Source: Octopus sinensis (lineage: Eukaryota). From it: a DNA stretch of 64,000 nucleotides. Position 1 is the first letter of the stretch; every line of letters begins with the position of its first letter. Shown piece after piece: positions 39,136 to 52,222 of the stretch. The notes under the pieces are model-generated. The model ran no database searches. It saw only the letters and a list, made by a program, of their open reading frames with translations, and was not told the DNA's origin. The DNA lies in NCBI RefSeq assembly GCF_006345805.1, contig NW_021824832.1, positions 1 to 64,000 on the forward strand. Reading direction: 5' to 3'. The position numbers and the translations under genes were made by a program.

Positions 39136-39667
39136 CTATTACTGGGATTGAACAGCCAATTATCTTTTTCCAGATACTCTGGAAAAACTCTTTTGCTTTA
39201 AAGATTGTTTGCCAACATAGCATGACAGTCCTGGTTAGGTCTAATGTTACTGTAACTTATCCCCAGAAGACATCGTCTCCAGCTGGCTATACGTCACGAT
39301 CTGTGCCCTTATATTTTCGAACAAGGGAATCTAGCACCCCCACTCAGCTCAAAGCAATATATGTTTATCGCGATTTCTGAGTTATTTCCCTTCACCAGAA
39401 TAAACCAGGACAGCCAGGTTACGTTGGCAAACAATCTTTACTACGAAGTACTGTTGCTGAATATCTCTCGTTGTGAGTATTTTAAAAATAGTAATTTTCT
39501 TTTGCTTTATATTTTGCATATTATAGAAGTAACGAGTGTGTACTTCTCTTTGTCGTATGGCTTCCAGCATTAATCTACTAGTTTTGCTGTGAATTTTAAA
39601 TTAGATGGTTGCGTAGTTAACTAATGTATTGCTGTCATACTTTGTTTCTTATTATAATGTGTTGCAG

Positions 39668-39679
39668 TTGATTCTTGCA
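39668..39679 (+). other. Candidate 12-nt micro-exon (LILA, phase 0)
   Basis: CTAAT branch-like motif at 39621; tttgtttcttattataatgtgttgcag|TTGATTCTTGCA|gtaagt. Confidence 0.3.
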
Positions 39680-39919
39680 GTAAGTGTATGGAGAGGCAGT
39701 GTGGAAGCGTCGTACTTCTATAAACAATCTAAAACGTGAAATTGCAGACGTGAAATTGACTATTTTCACATTTCAATCTGATTTACAAACATCTCAGCAG
39801 TTTACATATTCATAGTTCTCCAGGTTTTAGGGTTGTAATTGATTAGTTCCTTTATTTTGCTTTTTTTTTTTACATTGTTAATATTTATAGTAAATCATTA
39901 GTGTCAATTTATGAATGAA

Positions 39920-40308
39920 TTCTTTTATTCTTTTACTTGTTTCAGTCATTCGACTGCGGCAGTGATGGAGCACAACCTTTAGTCGAACAAATCGACCCCA
40001 GGACTTACTTTTTGTAATCCTAGTACTTATTCTATCGCTCTGTTTTGCCAAACAGCTAGGTTACGGGGACGTAAAGACACCAACACCTATCATCAAGCGA
40101 TAGTAGGGGCGAACTAACACAGACACACACACAAATATACATATATACATATACGTCGAGCTTCTTTCAGTTTCTGTCTAACAAACCCATTCACAGGGCT
40201 TTGGTCGGGCCGAGGATATAGTAGAAGACACTGGCCCAAGGTGACACGCAGTGGGACTGAACCGGAAGCCATGTGACTGGGAAGCAAGCATTTTACCACA
40301 CAGTCACG
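39920..40308 (-). mobile_element. SINE family B (full length)
   Basis: Minus-strand head CGTGACTGTGTGGTAAAATGCTTGCTTCCC through to the GTAAAAGAATAAAAGAA tail. Confidence 0.92.
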
Positions 40309-40368
<60 letters not shown>

Positions 40369-40544
40369 TGTGTGTGTGTGTGGTGTGTGTATCTGTGTGG
40401 GAAGTTGTGTGCTGGTGCCCCACCATCGTTTCACAATCAGTGTTGGTGTATTTACGTCCACGTGAACTAGCGTTTCGACAAAGGAGCCCAATAGGATAAG
40501 TACCAGTCTTAATATACATAAGTACTGTTGATGAGGTGCACCAA

Positions 40545-40787
40545 GTTGCAGGAACGTAAACAAAACAACAACTGTTATCAAGCGGTTGTGCAAGACTAAC
40601 ACAAATACACACAGCAACACACATATACGACGGGCTTCTTTAGTTTCCGTCTTTCGTATACCAAATCAACTCCCAGGACCCAGGGCTATAAAAGAAAAAA
40701 ACTTGCGCAAGACACCACGCAGTGGGAGTGAACCAGCAACTCTGTGTTCCGGAAGCAAACTTTCAACTACACAGCCACACCTGCGCT
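40545..40787 (-). mobile_element. Decayed SINE family B 5' part (a plus-strand 3' fragment lies at 40400-40520)
   Basis: GCGCAGGTGTGGCTGTGTAG head and AAAGAAGCCCGTCGTATA. Confidence 0.8.
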
Positions 40788-41509
40788 TCTCTGAATGCTT
40801 TAAATAACGAAATGAAATGAACACATATGTACCTGTCATAATATTAATGTACTTAGCATGCAACTAACCTAATAAGTCTTCCTCACTCACACGTGCCAAG
40901 ATACAGAATATCGCGTCAATTCCGCCACGTGCTTAGCGATTAAGCACTTCCGGTTCCATGCAAAGGAAATACTCAATCTAGCTGTATTATTATACTATAA
41001 TGAACACCCAAAAACATATTAGAGTTGATACCACTATAAGGGCTTATATTATTCTTGATGTATATCATCCACTTTGTTGCTATATACCTACAGATGTTTC
41101 TAGCTAAATGTGGTTTTAATTTTAAAACATTATCATATGTGAAGCATGTATAACTGAAAACCAAAATCAACGGAAACAAAAAAAAAAAAAAAAGGAAGGA
41201 AATAGAATGAGGGAGAGTATACTGTCAAAAACGATGGAACGCCAGTTATAAATACTTTGATATAATCATTTGTGTGTCTGTGTATGTTCTGAATTGAAAT
41301 TCTCATGGGGCTGCCTTTTGCCTTTCATCTCTTTGGAGTCAAGGACAAAAACAATACCAAAGAAATGCGTGTCTATCTTTGTTTTGTTTTTTTTTTCTCT
41401 TAACTTATGTATGTATGAAGCAATGCAATCGTAAGCAGTCAACGTTTTTTCAAATTAGTTTCTCTGCATAAACGTGTACAAGTTAAGATCAACACCAAAA
41501 CTAGCACTG

Positions 41510-41565
41510 CTACTACTACTACTACTACTACTACTACTATTACTAATAATAATAATAATACTAGT

Positions 41566-41604
<39 letters not shown>

Positions 41605-41605
41605 A
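41510..41605. repeat. (TAC)n(AAT)n(TAG)n array
   Basis: Direct reading. Confidence 0.95.
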
Positions 41606-41948
41606 GATATGATGAGAAAAGTACAGTCGTGTTCTTTATTCTTCTAGTAATGATGTTTTCTCATCTAAACTCAAGGCCAGGAATTAAAGGCGCACAATGC
41701 ATCTACGAGGAGTGGCAATTCATATTAAAAAACTGTATACAATATATAGCCTGCATATATGATGTGAAAACGACATTATTTTTATTTCCTAAGATCAACA
41801 TAGCATGAAAATGAGTAGGCGTATGGGAACGAAAGTTGTGGGAACTATGATGAAGAGTCATTCTAATTCACATGCAATAGATAGATGGATAACGTTTGAG
41901 CATTTAAAGCTCTGCTACTAGGATCTGGTGCAAACTGTGCATCCCATA

Positions 41949-42343
41949 TCTTTATATATAAAACTGTAGTTGTGTGAGTGTCTGTCCCCTTCGATTTAGA
42001 TTCCTAACTACTCCCACATTTTGCGATGCAGTTTAACCAAAACCGGGTATCTTATAGAGGGGATTCATATCGAGCCCTTCTGGGTATTAGCGCGCGTCTA
42101 CGATGAGTCTACGGTTTTAAAAATAATTTACCATAATTTATTTTCCATTTTAACGCATATTTTTTAAGTAAAGGGAAGTAACTCTCTAAAAATGTCTACG
42201 ATGAGTCAACGATTTAAAAAAAATTTACCATAATTTTTTTTCCATTTTCAATGCATTTTTGCTATTTTTTGGCTATAACTCTCTAAATATGCTTTATAGT
42301 TATTTCCCTTACAAACCCAAGCAACGCCAGGCGATACTGCTAG
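41949..42343 (+). mobile_element. Non-autonomous Helitron (395 bp)
   Basis: Starts TCTTTATATATAAAA and ends with the GC-rich CCCAAGCAACGCCAGG remnant hairpin then CTAG. Inserted between A (41948) and T (42344) with no target duplication. Internal ~98-bp tandem duplication. Confidence 0.85.
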
Positions 42344-42997
42344 TATATTATACATCTCTGAGTCTTTATCTCATATAATCTTTTATATTGGTTTCAAAAT
42401 TTTGACACAAGACCAGCCTTTTCTAAACTGGGTTTAAGTCGATTTTTATCACAGCCATTGGAGAAGACGGCAGCATTGTACATTATGCTCCCATCTCCAA
42501 CAGCAACACATATCTCCTGCTAACGATATTTTTTCCACGATATATATAACTGTACAACGGCAGGTATTTTTTACCACTATTCGGGGCAAAAAATGCTACG
42601 TCACTTTCAACGCATATTTGGAAACCTAAACACGAAAGTCAAGTCCTCACCATATTACAAGAAATATTAGATAAATCACAAACTGAAAACCAGATCAACT
42701 ACAGCGTTTCTAATGCAAAGTTTAATCGATCGACTCATAAAATAATTGCATCCTGATGTATGAAATACTGCAGGTAACGTTCTATCCTTTCTGACACTGC
42801 ATTAAATCATTCTATTTTCTCAAATTTCTCGTGCTGGCGTGTACTACTGAAGAAAGGAACGAAACTTTGAACCGGATTTTGTAAACAACATTGTATAAAT
42901 ACATTAATTAACAAACGTAAAATTCTTACAGATTCACCACTTCAAATTGTATAGAGATGAGAAATTTAATATTTATGTAAAGCAAAATAAACAAAAA

Positions 42998-43039
<42 letters not shown>

Positions 43040-43181
43040 CGCTTATTCTCCCTCTCATTCCTTCAATCTATCTCTCCTCACTCGCAATCTGTCTGTCTTT
43101 GTCTCTGACGCTCTGTCTCTGTCTCTCATTATCTATGTATATATGCATGTATGCATTGCTTAGTTCAAACACCTCTACATA

Positions 43182-43212
<31 letters not shown>

Positions 43213-43216
43213 ATAC

Positions 43217-43261
<45 letters not shown>

Positions 43262-43350
43262 CATACATATATACATACATACATACATACATACATACAT
43301 ACATACATACGTATATACAGAAAGCGAGAGAGAGAAAGATGTGCATATAA

Positions 43351-43408
<58 letters not shown>

Positions 43409-43729
43409 TATATATAAAACTATAAAAGCTGGCATCAAATGTCCGTAAAACATCGGACACAACAGTAAATTGTCTGAAAGAAATCGATGTTGTTTATCAT
43501 ATAGTATAGCGGATTAAAGAGAGTTTAACTTGAGGCTAAATTAAATCTTAAATCTTATTTCATTTATTCAGCTCCATTTTTTTTATTGAACTTTTTTGTG
43601 TGTGTGTTGCCGAGGTGGGGTTACAATATATATTTTTACCATTTTCTAATGAACTTCATCATATAAATATGAATTGTTCTTAATTATATTTTCTTTCCCA
43701 CGTCAATTCGACAACGTTTCTTTAATTCT

Positions 43730-43777
43730 TGTTCTCTCTCTCTCCCCCTCTCTCTTTCTCTGTCTTCCTTTCTCCTC

Positions 43778-43825
<48 letters not shown>

Positions 43826-43944
43826 CTCTCTTTCAGTTTCTGTCCGCTTTCCTATGCGTTTCCTACTCCTACCTTTTCCGCTGTTCTTTATCATATGCTC
43901 TGCTCTTCTTTCCTTCCTCTCCCTTTGTTTTGTTTCTCCGCACG

Positions 43945-43983
<39 letters not shown>

Positions 43984-44095
43984 ACACACACACTCATACA
44001 CACACACACGCGCGTGCACACACACACTCACACACGCACACACACGCACACACACACACACACACACGCACACAGACTCACACACACATACACTT
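43730..44095. repeat. (CT)n and (CA)n arrays
   Basis: Direct reading. Confidence 0.92.
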
Positions 44096-44181
44096 TCACG
44101 TGCAAAATTTCACACACACATTTCAGACCTACAGCTATCCCTTGTTTATTATGAGGGATTTTTCACTCTGGTTTCTTGCAG

Positions 44182-44193
44182 GTCAGAGATGAG
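44182..44193 (+). other. Candidate 12-nt micro-exon (VRDE, phase 0)
   Basis: ttttcactctggtttcttgcag|GTCAGAGATGAG|gtaaaa. Confidence 0.3.
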
Positions 44194-44804
44194 GTAAAAG
44201 CTTCATCATTAAATCGCCACTCTTCTCAGTAGTGGTGATAGTGATGGCGGGAGTAATTTTAGATATTATATTACAGAAAAATAAAATGCATTACAGAATT
44301 TATTCTGTATTTCTGCATGCTTCTGTGTGAACGTATCTGTGTATGTGTTTGCGCTTTTCTGTACGTGTGCGTGAGTGTCTTTTACATCAATATCTCGTAT
44401 TATCCCCTGGGGTGACGGTATTTTCTTCTAATGGTCTCATGAAAGCGAACATCTGATTTTCTATATACCACCATCATAAGCATTGTAACAATGTCCGGCA
44501 TTTTACGTACTAACGTAGAGTTCCACTGACCTATAGCAATTTGTGGCTTGATTCAGGCACAATGTCTCATGCTCATACACGTGTAAATACATACATAAAT
44601 GTGGGGGGGGGGGGGCTGTATGTGTGTGTGGATGTATGTATGCGTATGAATGAGTGTATGTATGCAGGTACGTATGTATATATGTATACGCTCTGCATTT
44701 GAATAACGTTTATTTTGAAGCCTATGTATATTGATCTGTAACACCGGTTATTTGTATTGCTATATCAAAGTGAGACACTAATATATATATATATGCGTGC
44801 GTGT

Positions 44805-45225
44805 GTGCGTGGTAAGTTAAGTAGCTTGCTTACCAGCAACATGGTTCCGGTTTCAGTCCCACTGCGTGGCACCTTGAGCAACCGTCTTCTATTATAGCCT
44901 CGGGCCGACTGAAACTTTGTGAGTGGATTTGGTAGACGGAAACTGAAAGAAGTCCATCGTATATGTGGGTGTCTCTTTGTGTGTGTGTGTGTGTGTGTTC
45001 GTGTTTGTGCATCTGTGTTTGTCCCCCACCATCGTTTAACAACTGATGCTGGAATATTTACATCCTCGTAACTTACTAGTTCCGATAGAATAAGTACTAG
45101 GCTTACAAAGAGTAAGTCCTGGGGTCGATTTGCTCGACTAAAGGCTGTACTCCAGCATGGTCACAGTCAGATGACTGAAATAAAAAAAAAGAGTTGAAGA
45201 GTACAAGAGTACAAGAGTAAAAGAG
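44805..45225 (+). mobile_element. SINE family B (full length)
   Basis: Head, CORE-like domain, internal (TG)n and tail all present. Confidence 0.92.
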
Positions 45226-45649
45226 AATATATATATTGAAATAAACCATTAGTTAAAATTTTGCACTTTACATGGGATACAAGGAAAATCATGCCATTAT
45301 TGAAATAATTACAATTAAAACGATGACATGCATTAACACTAAACGCCAATAAAACTAATAAACCTAGAAAATAAAATATATGAGTGATATCATTAAATAA
45401 AAATTCACTAAAATTTAATTATATTAGTAGAAATAATATAACTGTATTTCGTTAGTGAAAAATAGTATATAAATATATATATATATATATATATAAACTG
45501 TACTTGGAGAAGAAGAAACGAAACGAAACGAAACGAATCGAATCGAATCGACGCGAGGGCGCTCAGTCATACAATAGTGTAATGAATAAAATATATGCAT
45601 ACATACATACATATATGTACGTACTTACATCTACATGTATACATACATG

Positions 45650-45930
45650 CATATATAAATATATATACGTGAGTACAGGACACCACAAATAGATGTAGAA
45701 CTCAACGAGAAACGAAAACGTAAAAACAAGCATGGAACGGACCAATTTTTTACAACGAAAAAACGGAGTACGAGACAAACTACACAAGGAAAAATCCCCT
45801 TCATCAGCTGTCCATAGTTCAACTCCAGCGTGTTTCGAAGGTGAGGACAGAACACGACTCGTCGAACTAGCCCTTCCTGCGAAATAATTACATAAAATTA
45901 CTTCGCAGAGGGGTAAAAACAAGGAAAGTT
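45650..45930 (-). mobile_element. Possible Penelope-like 3' remnant
   Basis: Minus strand has CTGATGAAGGGG, TTCGAAACAC and a T-rich tail running into TA repeats, similar in layout to 54050-54305. The family call is an inference. Confidence 0.4.
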
Positions 45931-46087
45931 TTTTAAGGACGCTAAAATAAACAATATAAATATCATGAGGGGTATGGTAGGATTTGACCTAAATACTCCA
46001 AGACGGCAGCTGACCACTGTCATGCTGTCCTTAAACTTTAAATTGTAGCTATTTCTAGAACAGAATTACAGAGACAAACAGCCTGAT

Positions 46088-46128
<41 letters not shown>

Positions 46129-46686
46129 GAAAGAAAACGCATAGAAGAATTGAGCCAAAAGGAGGAGGTGCTAACAGTCAATCACACATACTAATAACGC
46201 ATGCTGTTATCTCAGTGTGTAATAAACTCTCAATCTATCAGAATGTAAAAGTAATATGTCGATTTTGACTCTAAAGAGATTTCTGTCTTCTGAATTTATA
46301 ATGCAATTTTTAATTGTAGAATAAATGAAGGCGGATATTGAAACGATCATAGGCCTTACGTAATCGATAGTTATATAAAGAAATTGATTTGGCTGTATCC
46401 AAACTCTCTATATTCTGATATTATTATACTACCACTATATATATATATAAACGAGAAATATTTTGTGGGTAGAGAATTTTAGATTTTTATTAATGCATTG
46501 CTACGTATGTTTCGGCATGACATTCATTTTCATGAGATTACCTAACCATATCTATAAGATATTATTAAATAGTACTTATAATATCCCTGGCCCCCTACAG
46601 GATTTCATGAATTCGATGTGCATACTTCTACAAGCAATTTGGCATTGACACGCACACACACACACACATATATATAATATATATAT

Positions 46687-46732
<46 letters not shown>

Positions 46733-47708
46733 ATATATACATATACACATGCACATGCATACATATAGAGAGCGAAAGAGGGAGAGAGATCGTGAAAGAC
46801 AGAGAAAGAGAAAAATTCAAAACTGCCTATTAAATCAACCTCTATACTTGTATAGTCCTTATTTTGTTTCATCTGGTGTAATGGAATACAACGTCATCGT
46901 GATGGAGTTCAAAATCACCAATTAAAAAGGGTTCAAAAGCTAAATTTCACTGCAAATCCACCTACGCAAGACAATATCGTCTCTTAACTGAGATTGATAG
47001 AGCTGTGTTAAAGGATTAAGTTTTATCACTAGTTTAGCTAACATCTACTGAAGCTGATAAAACAAATACAGTTAAGAACTGTATTTGATTGAATATGTTC
47101 TTGAAATATTTATGACCATACGTAACAATGCGTATCTCGAAGGTGTGCTACGTGACTGACTAGAAGCGTTATCAAAGTCTGGTAGTTATCTGCGTTGGCA
47201 AATATACTGTAAAATCTGTAAGATTACATAAGAAATGATATCATGAGAAAGAAAGGAAACCAAAGTTTCATTTTGCTCCTTCGACCGTTCAGAATGTTCT
47301 TTCAGCGTAGAAAGAAGAGCTATGAAATGTAAGGCAGTTTTCTTCAGCAAATCATACAAATGTTTTCAATCTCACGCATCTTCAAAAAGTATTTTACAGC
47401 CTTACCGGAACTTTCGACTTTTCTTCTGGTTTTCCTCGATAGAGGGCAAATGTACAAAATGATAATTACATCTTTCTACTTTTCCTTACAGCGTAAAACA
47501 TCCATCTCAACTAGACGTTGAAATGTTGAAAGGCAAAGTCGATCCTGGTGGCGTTTGCATTCGGAGCGCAAAGTCGGAAGAGATGCCGATAAGCATTTTG
47601 TCCGGCGAGAACCACCTCGTTTCGGGATGTCCTGAATCGAATGCAAATATCGTCACGATGGTGTAGGATTGTATTTATATTGGAAAATATGTGGAGCGGA
47701 GGTAGCGG

Positions 47709-48035
47709 AGAATCCCCTTCGGTCAGGAATGACCATGGGATTGCCCCTAGAAAGTTACCCTTTGAGGCACAAGTCCGGGCAAGGTTGTTTCTGGAAGGCC
47801 AGCAGTCACTTATGCATACCAGCTTCCCCTCTCCACGCCGTCGATTTCATCCAAAGGAAAGGCAAAGGCCGACACAGCTTGGCACCGGTGATTTCGCAAC
47901 TCATTTCTAGAGCTCAGTGAACTGGAGCAACGTGAAATAAAGTGTCTCACCCAAGAACACAACACGGAGCCCGGTCCAAGATTCAAACTCACAGCCTCAC
48001 GGTCGTAAGTTCGACGCTCTTACCACTGAGCCATG
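47709..48035 (-). mobile_element. SINE family C
   Basis: Matches 14038-14363. Confidence 0.9.
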
Positions 48036-48121
48036 GAAAATATGTAAACACTACAAAATTGGCACTCCTAACTACCGGTATCAACATCATACTGAGCAGT
48101 CGCTACTGGTGAAAATATCAC

Positions 48122-48307
48122 CTTTTTGGCACTAGGCGGTGAGGTTCGGGAGAGGCAGCTCGTAGATTACATTGACCCCAACGCTAAACTGGTTATTATT
48201 TTATCAAACTCCGAAAGAGTGAAAGATAAAGTCAACCTCGGTGGACGGACGAACGGTCGCTAAGCCTTTTGCTCGCCTTGCTAACGATTATGCCAGCGTA
48301 CCATCTT
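48122..48307 (-). mobile_element. Decayed SINE family A2
   Basis: GATTACATTGACCCC...GAAAGATAAAGTCAACCTCGG...GCTAACGATTATGCCAGC. Confidence 0.7.
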
Positions 48308-48354
48308 CGTAGTGGTAGTAATAGTATTAGTATTAATAATAGTAGTAGTGGTAG

Positions 48355-49451
48355 CTGCATAAGATCAAGCAATAAGGACTAATTGGATAAAAGCCAAGAC
48401 AGACAAAAACCAAGTAGAATCCCAATGTAGGTTATGCAAATCAAAAGAGGAAAGCGTTACTCATTTAGTAAGTGAATGTAACATGCTGACACAAAGAATA
48501 CAAGAAAAGACATGACAACCTAGGGAGAGTAATCCACTCGAATTTATGTAGAAGGTCAGGATTTGAGCATACTGATAAATGATATGAACAGGAACCTAGT
48601 ATAGTACTGTGGAGGCGCAATGGCCCAGTGGTTAGGGCAGCGGACTCGCGGTCGTAGGATCGCGGTTTCGATTCCCAGACCGGGCGTTGTGAGTGTTTAT
48701 TGAGCGAAAGCACCTAAAAGCTCCACGAGGCTCCGGCAGGGGGTGGTGGTGATCCCTGCTGTACTCTTTCGCCACAACTTTCTCTCACTCTTACTTCATG
48801 TTTCTGTTGTACCTGTATTTCAAAGGGTCGGCCCTTGTCACTCTCTGTGTCACGCTGAATATCCCCGAGAACTACGTTAAGGGTGCACGTGTCTGTGGAG
48901 TGCTCAGCCACTTACACGTTAATTTCACGAGCAGGCTGTTCCGTTGATTCGGATCAACCGGAACCCTCATCGTCGTAACCGACGGAGTGCTTCCATCCAA
49001 GTATAGTACTGGAAAATAAGAAATACAAGATGTTGTGGGACTTTAACATTCGGACTGACAAAGCTATAGAAGCTAGAAGGCCTGATTTAGCAGCCGAAGA
49101 TAAAGAAAATAGAAAGTACCTGATAATTGACCTCACAGTCCCAAATGATGAAAAACTCAATATGAAAGTATAGAAAAAAAAGCAAAGTATAAGGAGACTA
49201 TGGAAAGTGCGGATAAAATGTATCCCAGTAGTTATAGGTGCTTTAGGAACTGTCCTTAAAGATCAGAACAGATGGATAGATGAAATAGGCATAAGGCAAT
49301 GGATAGGGGAATTAGTACAGCTCTAGGAAACAGTGTTATTAGGGGCAGGTAGGATACTTAGGAGGCCCCTTGGCATCTAAGGTTACTTGTTGCAGCCCGA
49401 TGTTAGGATTTTTTCTCTTCTAACAGTCTAATCTATTGTGCATATGTGAAA

Positions 49452-49452
<1 letters not shown>
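48355..49452 (+). mobile_element. 5'-truncated R4/Dong-like RLE LINE with (GAT)n tail, interrupted by SINE-D
   Basis: Manual translation AA*DQAIRTNWIKAK...CRLCKSKEESVTHLVSEC (CCHC), KRHDNLGRVIH, then after removing the SINE EPSIVLENKKYKMLWDFNIRTDKAIEARRPDL...IIDLTVP and IPVVIGALG. Confidence 0.9.
48610..48999 (+). mobile_element. SINE family D with 12-bp target-site duplication
   Basis: AGTATAGTACTG at 48598-48609 and 49000-49011. tRNA-like head TGGCCCAGTGG...GTTTCGATTCC. Confidence 0.95.
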
Positions 49453-49497
<45 letters not shown>

Positions 49498-49660
49498 CGA
49501 CGACGACGACGACGATGATGATGATGATGATGACGACCACTACGAGGACAAAGAAGAAGAAGAAGAAGAAGAAGAAGAAGAAGAAGAAGAAGAAGAAGAA
49601 GAAGAAGAAGAAGAAGAAGAAGAAGAAGAAGAAGAAGAAGAAGAAGAAGAAGAAGAAGAA
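49453..49660. repeat. (GAT)n(GAC)n(GAA)n array
   Basis: Direct reading. Confidence 0.97.
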
Positions 49661-50801
49661 TTACTAGTAGTTTCCCTATTTTATTGGCTGCGTTAAAAAT
49701 ATAGTAAAAAATATATTTAAAGCTTATCATTAAATTTATTTAGTTACGATTTAGTTACATGTGAGACATTTCCTGTATATATGATAAGATAGTAGGGACG
49801 AGATTGCCTATGCCAAGCAATTCTGTTACCAAATTCTAATTTATTTCTTCACTTATCTCTTGTTTGTATAAAGGAACTAAGGAAGAAATATTATACTTGA
49901 GACAAGCTTTGATATTGTGTTGACTACTTTGGATGTTACCTAGTGAAACGGATCCAGTGAATTTTCTGTTATTTCTGTGAATTTTTTTTTTTCTGTGTTC
50001 TATAGTAACGGTGTGGAATTCAAATTACGTTGATAAAAAAATCCTCTTTATCCTTTGCTGATCCTTATGCTCATATCGATCCTTGAAACAGTCCTCCAAT
50101 AACGGCTAATCTCGTGTTTTCAATTATGTCTTTAATTAAAATTGTTTATTTAACATCATCTGATTGGAAAAGCTATTTTGTTTACTGAAGATTCATTAAA
50201 GAAATCAAATAGAACGTTACAAGTGTTGAACAGAATTTCCAGGTTTTATCAAATCCATGTTGGAATTTCTCGCTTATAAATTGATATTTATTTAGATTAA
50301 ATGAAGAGATGTTTGTTTAATATCCTCATTTCAGATTGTAGAATTCTCATATGGTTTGATTCAGCGAAATCATTTTTTTTTTCTGCTGCAAATATAGTTT
50401 CTGCTTTCTTTGTTTTATATTATTACATAATTATTTATTTATTTATTTATTTTAACTTTTTGCACTTTCCTATCTTTGTTTGACTCCTTGATAATTTCAA
50501 CAGAGAAAATTAGATTTTGAAAAACCTTGGTGATGTATAATTTCAAGAGTACCGTCGAAGATACCAACAAATATACTATTGATAATTTTAAAACTCACGA
50601 ATCAAAATAAATCTTTGTTTTCTTCCAAAGTAATGTTGTTTTATATTATATCATATTTTTTTCCATTTAATTTTTCTCCGAACGCCTTTAGAATTCAAAC
50701 AGGCCCCATTTTGTTTTTATCATTTTGTTGTTTATATTTAGCTCTTACTCTTTCATTTTGGAACTATGAAACTTAATTAACAAACATTCTTTGTTTTGTA
50801 G

Positions 50802-50819
50802 CTGTTCAATGTAGTCAAG
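50802..50819 (+). other. Candidate 18-nt micro-exon (LFNVVK, phase 0)
   Basis: ttaac..attctttgttttgtag|CTGTTCAATGTAGTCAAG|gtaaca. Confidence 0.33.
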
Positions 50820-51366
50820 GTAACATTTGATTTTTCAAAAGGCTGCGATGATATCTTGACAATGGAGAGGAGCAGCATATGTCATATAGAATTTTGGTAA
50901 TGTTGCAATTAAAAGCAAGTTTTCCATTGATTTATTTTTTTATATTTCTGTGGGAATCGCTGTTATTTCAGTTATTGCTGCAGATTGCTATAGAAGTTAT
51001 GACCTCAGAGAAATGTTATGCAGATATAAGTTGGGGAAAAAATATTCACGCATACACATACATACATACATACATTTATATATAAAGAGAGAGAGAGAGA
51101 GAGAGAGAATGAGAGAAATCTTTATACACATATAAATAGAGATTTAGCGAAATAGATAGATAGACAGGCACAGAGAGAGAGAGAGAGAGAGAGAGTAGAA
51201 GCGAGAGAGAGATTTAGATAATTATAAATGCATAACTATATGCTCATATCAAAATAAAGTTGTAACTATCAAATTCCTCGTATTACTTTTTGCCTATTAT
51301 ATAAAAACACACACACATGTATGAATACATATAAATATAAGTATATATATATATATATATATATAT

Positions 51367-51426
<60 letters not shown>

Positions 51427-51435
51427 TATATATAT

Positions 51436-51493
<58 letters not shown>

Positions 51494-51693
51494 ATTGGTT
51501 TTTAACTTACATAAAAAAACATTTTGAAATCCAATTATATATTGTCTAATACAGAACGCAATGCAGTGCTGGAGTTAACTAATTATTCCTTTTATGAAAA
51601 AAATGCGTGACCGGAAAGTTTTGTCGAAACTTCTAAATCTATTTCCATTTATCCACACATTAACACACACATGCACATATACGCATTCGTAAG

Positions 51694-51746
<53 letters not shown>

Positions 51747-51834
51747 ATACTAACAGTTCACAATCAAAGCATCATTTTAGCCATATCATAACACACATGC
51801 TATCAAACAGAAGAGGAGTACTATATAAGATATT

Positions 51835-51985
51835 TAGGCTTGCTCCGGGTTCAATCCCACTACGGGGGAACCGTGGGCAAGTGTCTTCTATTGTAGCCTC
51901 GGGCCGGCCAAAGCCTTGTAGGTAGATTTGGCATTGGGAAACTGAAAGAAGCTCGTTGTACATAGATGTGCGTGCGTGCATGTGT

Positions 51986-52021
<36 letters not shown>

Positions 52022-52222
52022 ATGTATTTGTACCTGTGTTTGTCCCCGCCCCCGTTGCTTGATGGTCGCTGTGTGTGTTTTATTGATTCGTAAAAGATAT
52101 CGATATAATATGTACCAGGCTTAACAATATAAGTACAGGGTTCAATTCATTGGACTAGAAATTGAAGGCGGTGCCCCAGTATGGCCGCAGTCTAATGACT
52201 GAAACAAGTAAAAGATAAAAGA
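51835..52222 (+). mobile_element. SINE family B (5'-truncated)
   Basis: GGGTTCAATCCCAC...GGGCAAGTGTCTTC...CTGAAACAAGTAAAAGATAAAAGA. Confidence 0.88.

Noticed and set aside
45795-45840. Circularly permuted hammerhead (GAAAC before CTGATGA on the minus strand)
   Set aside because: No convincing stem I could be drawn between the two boxes.
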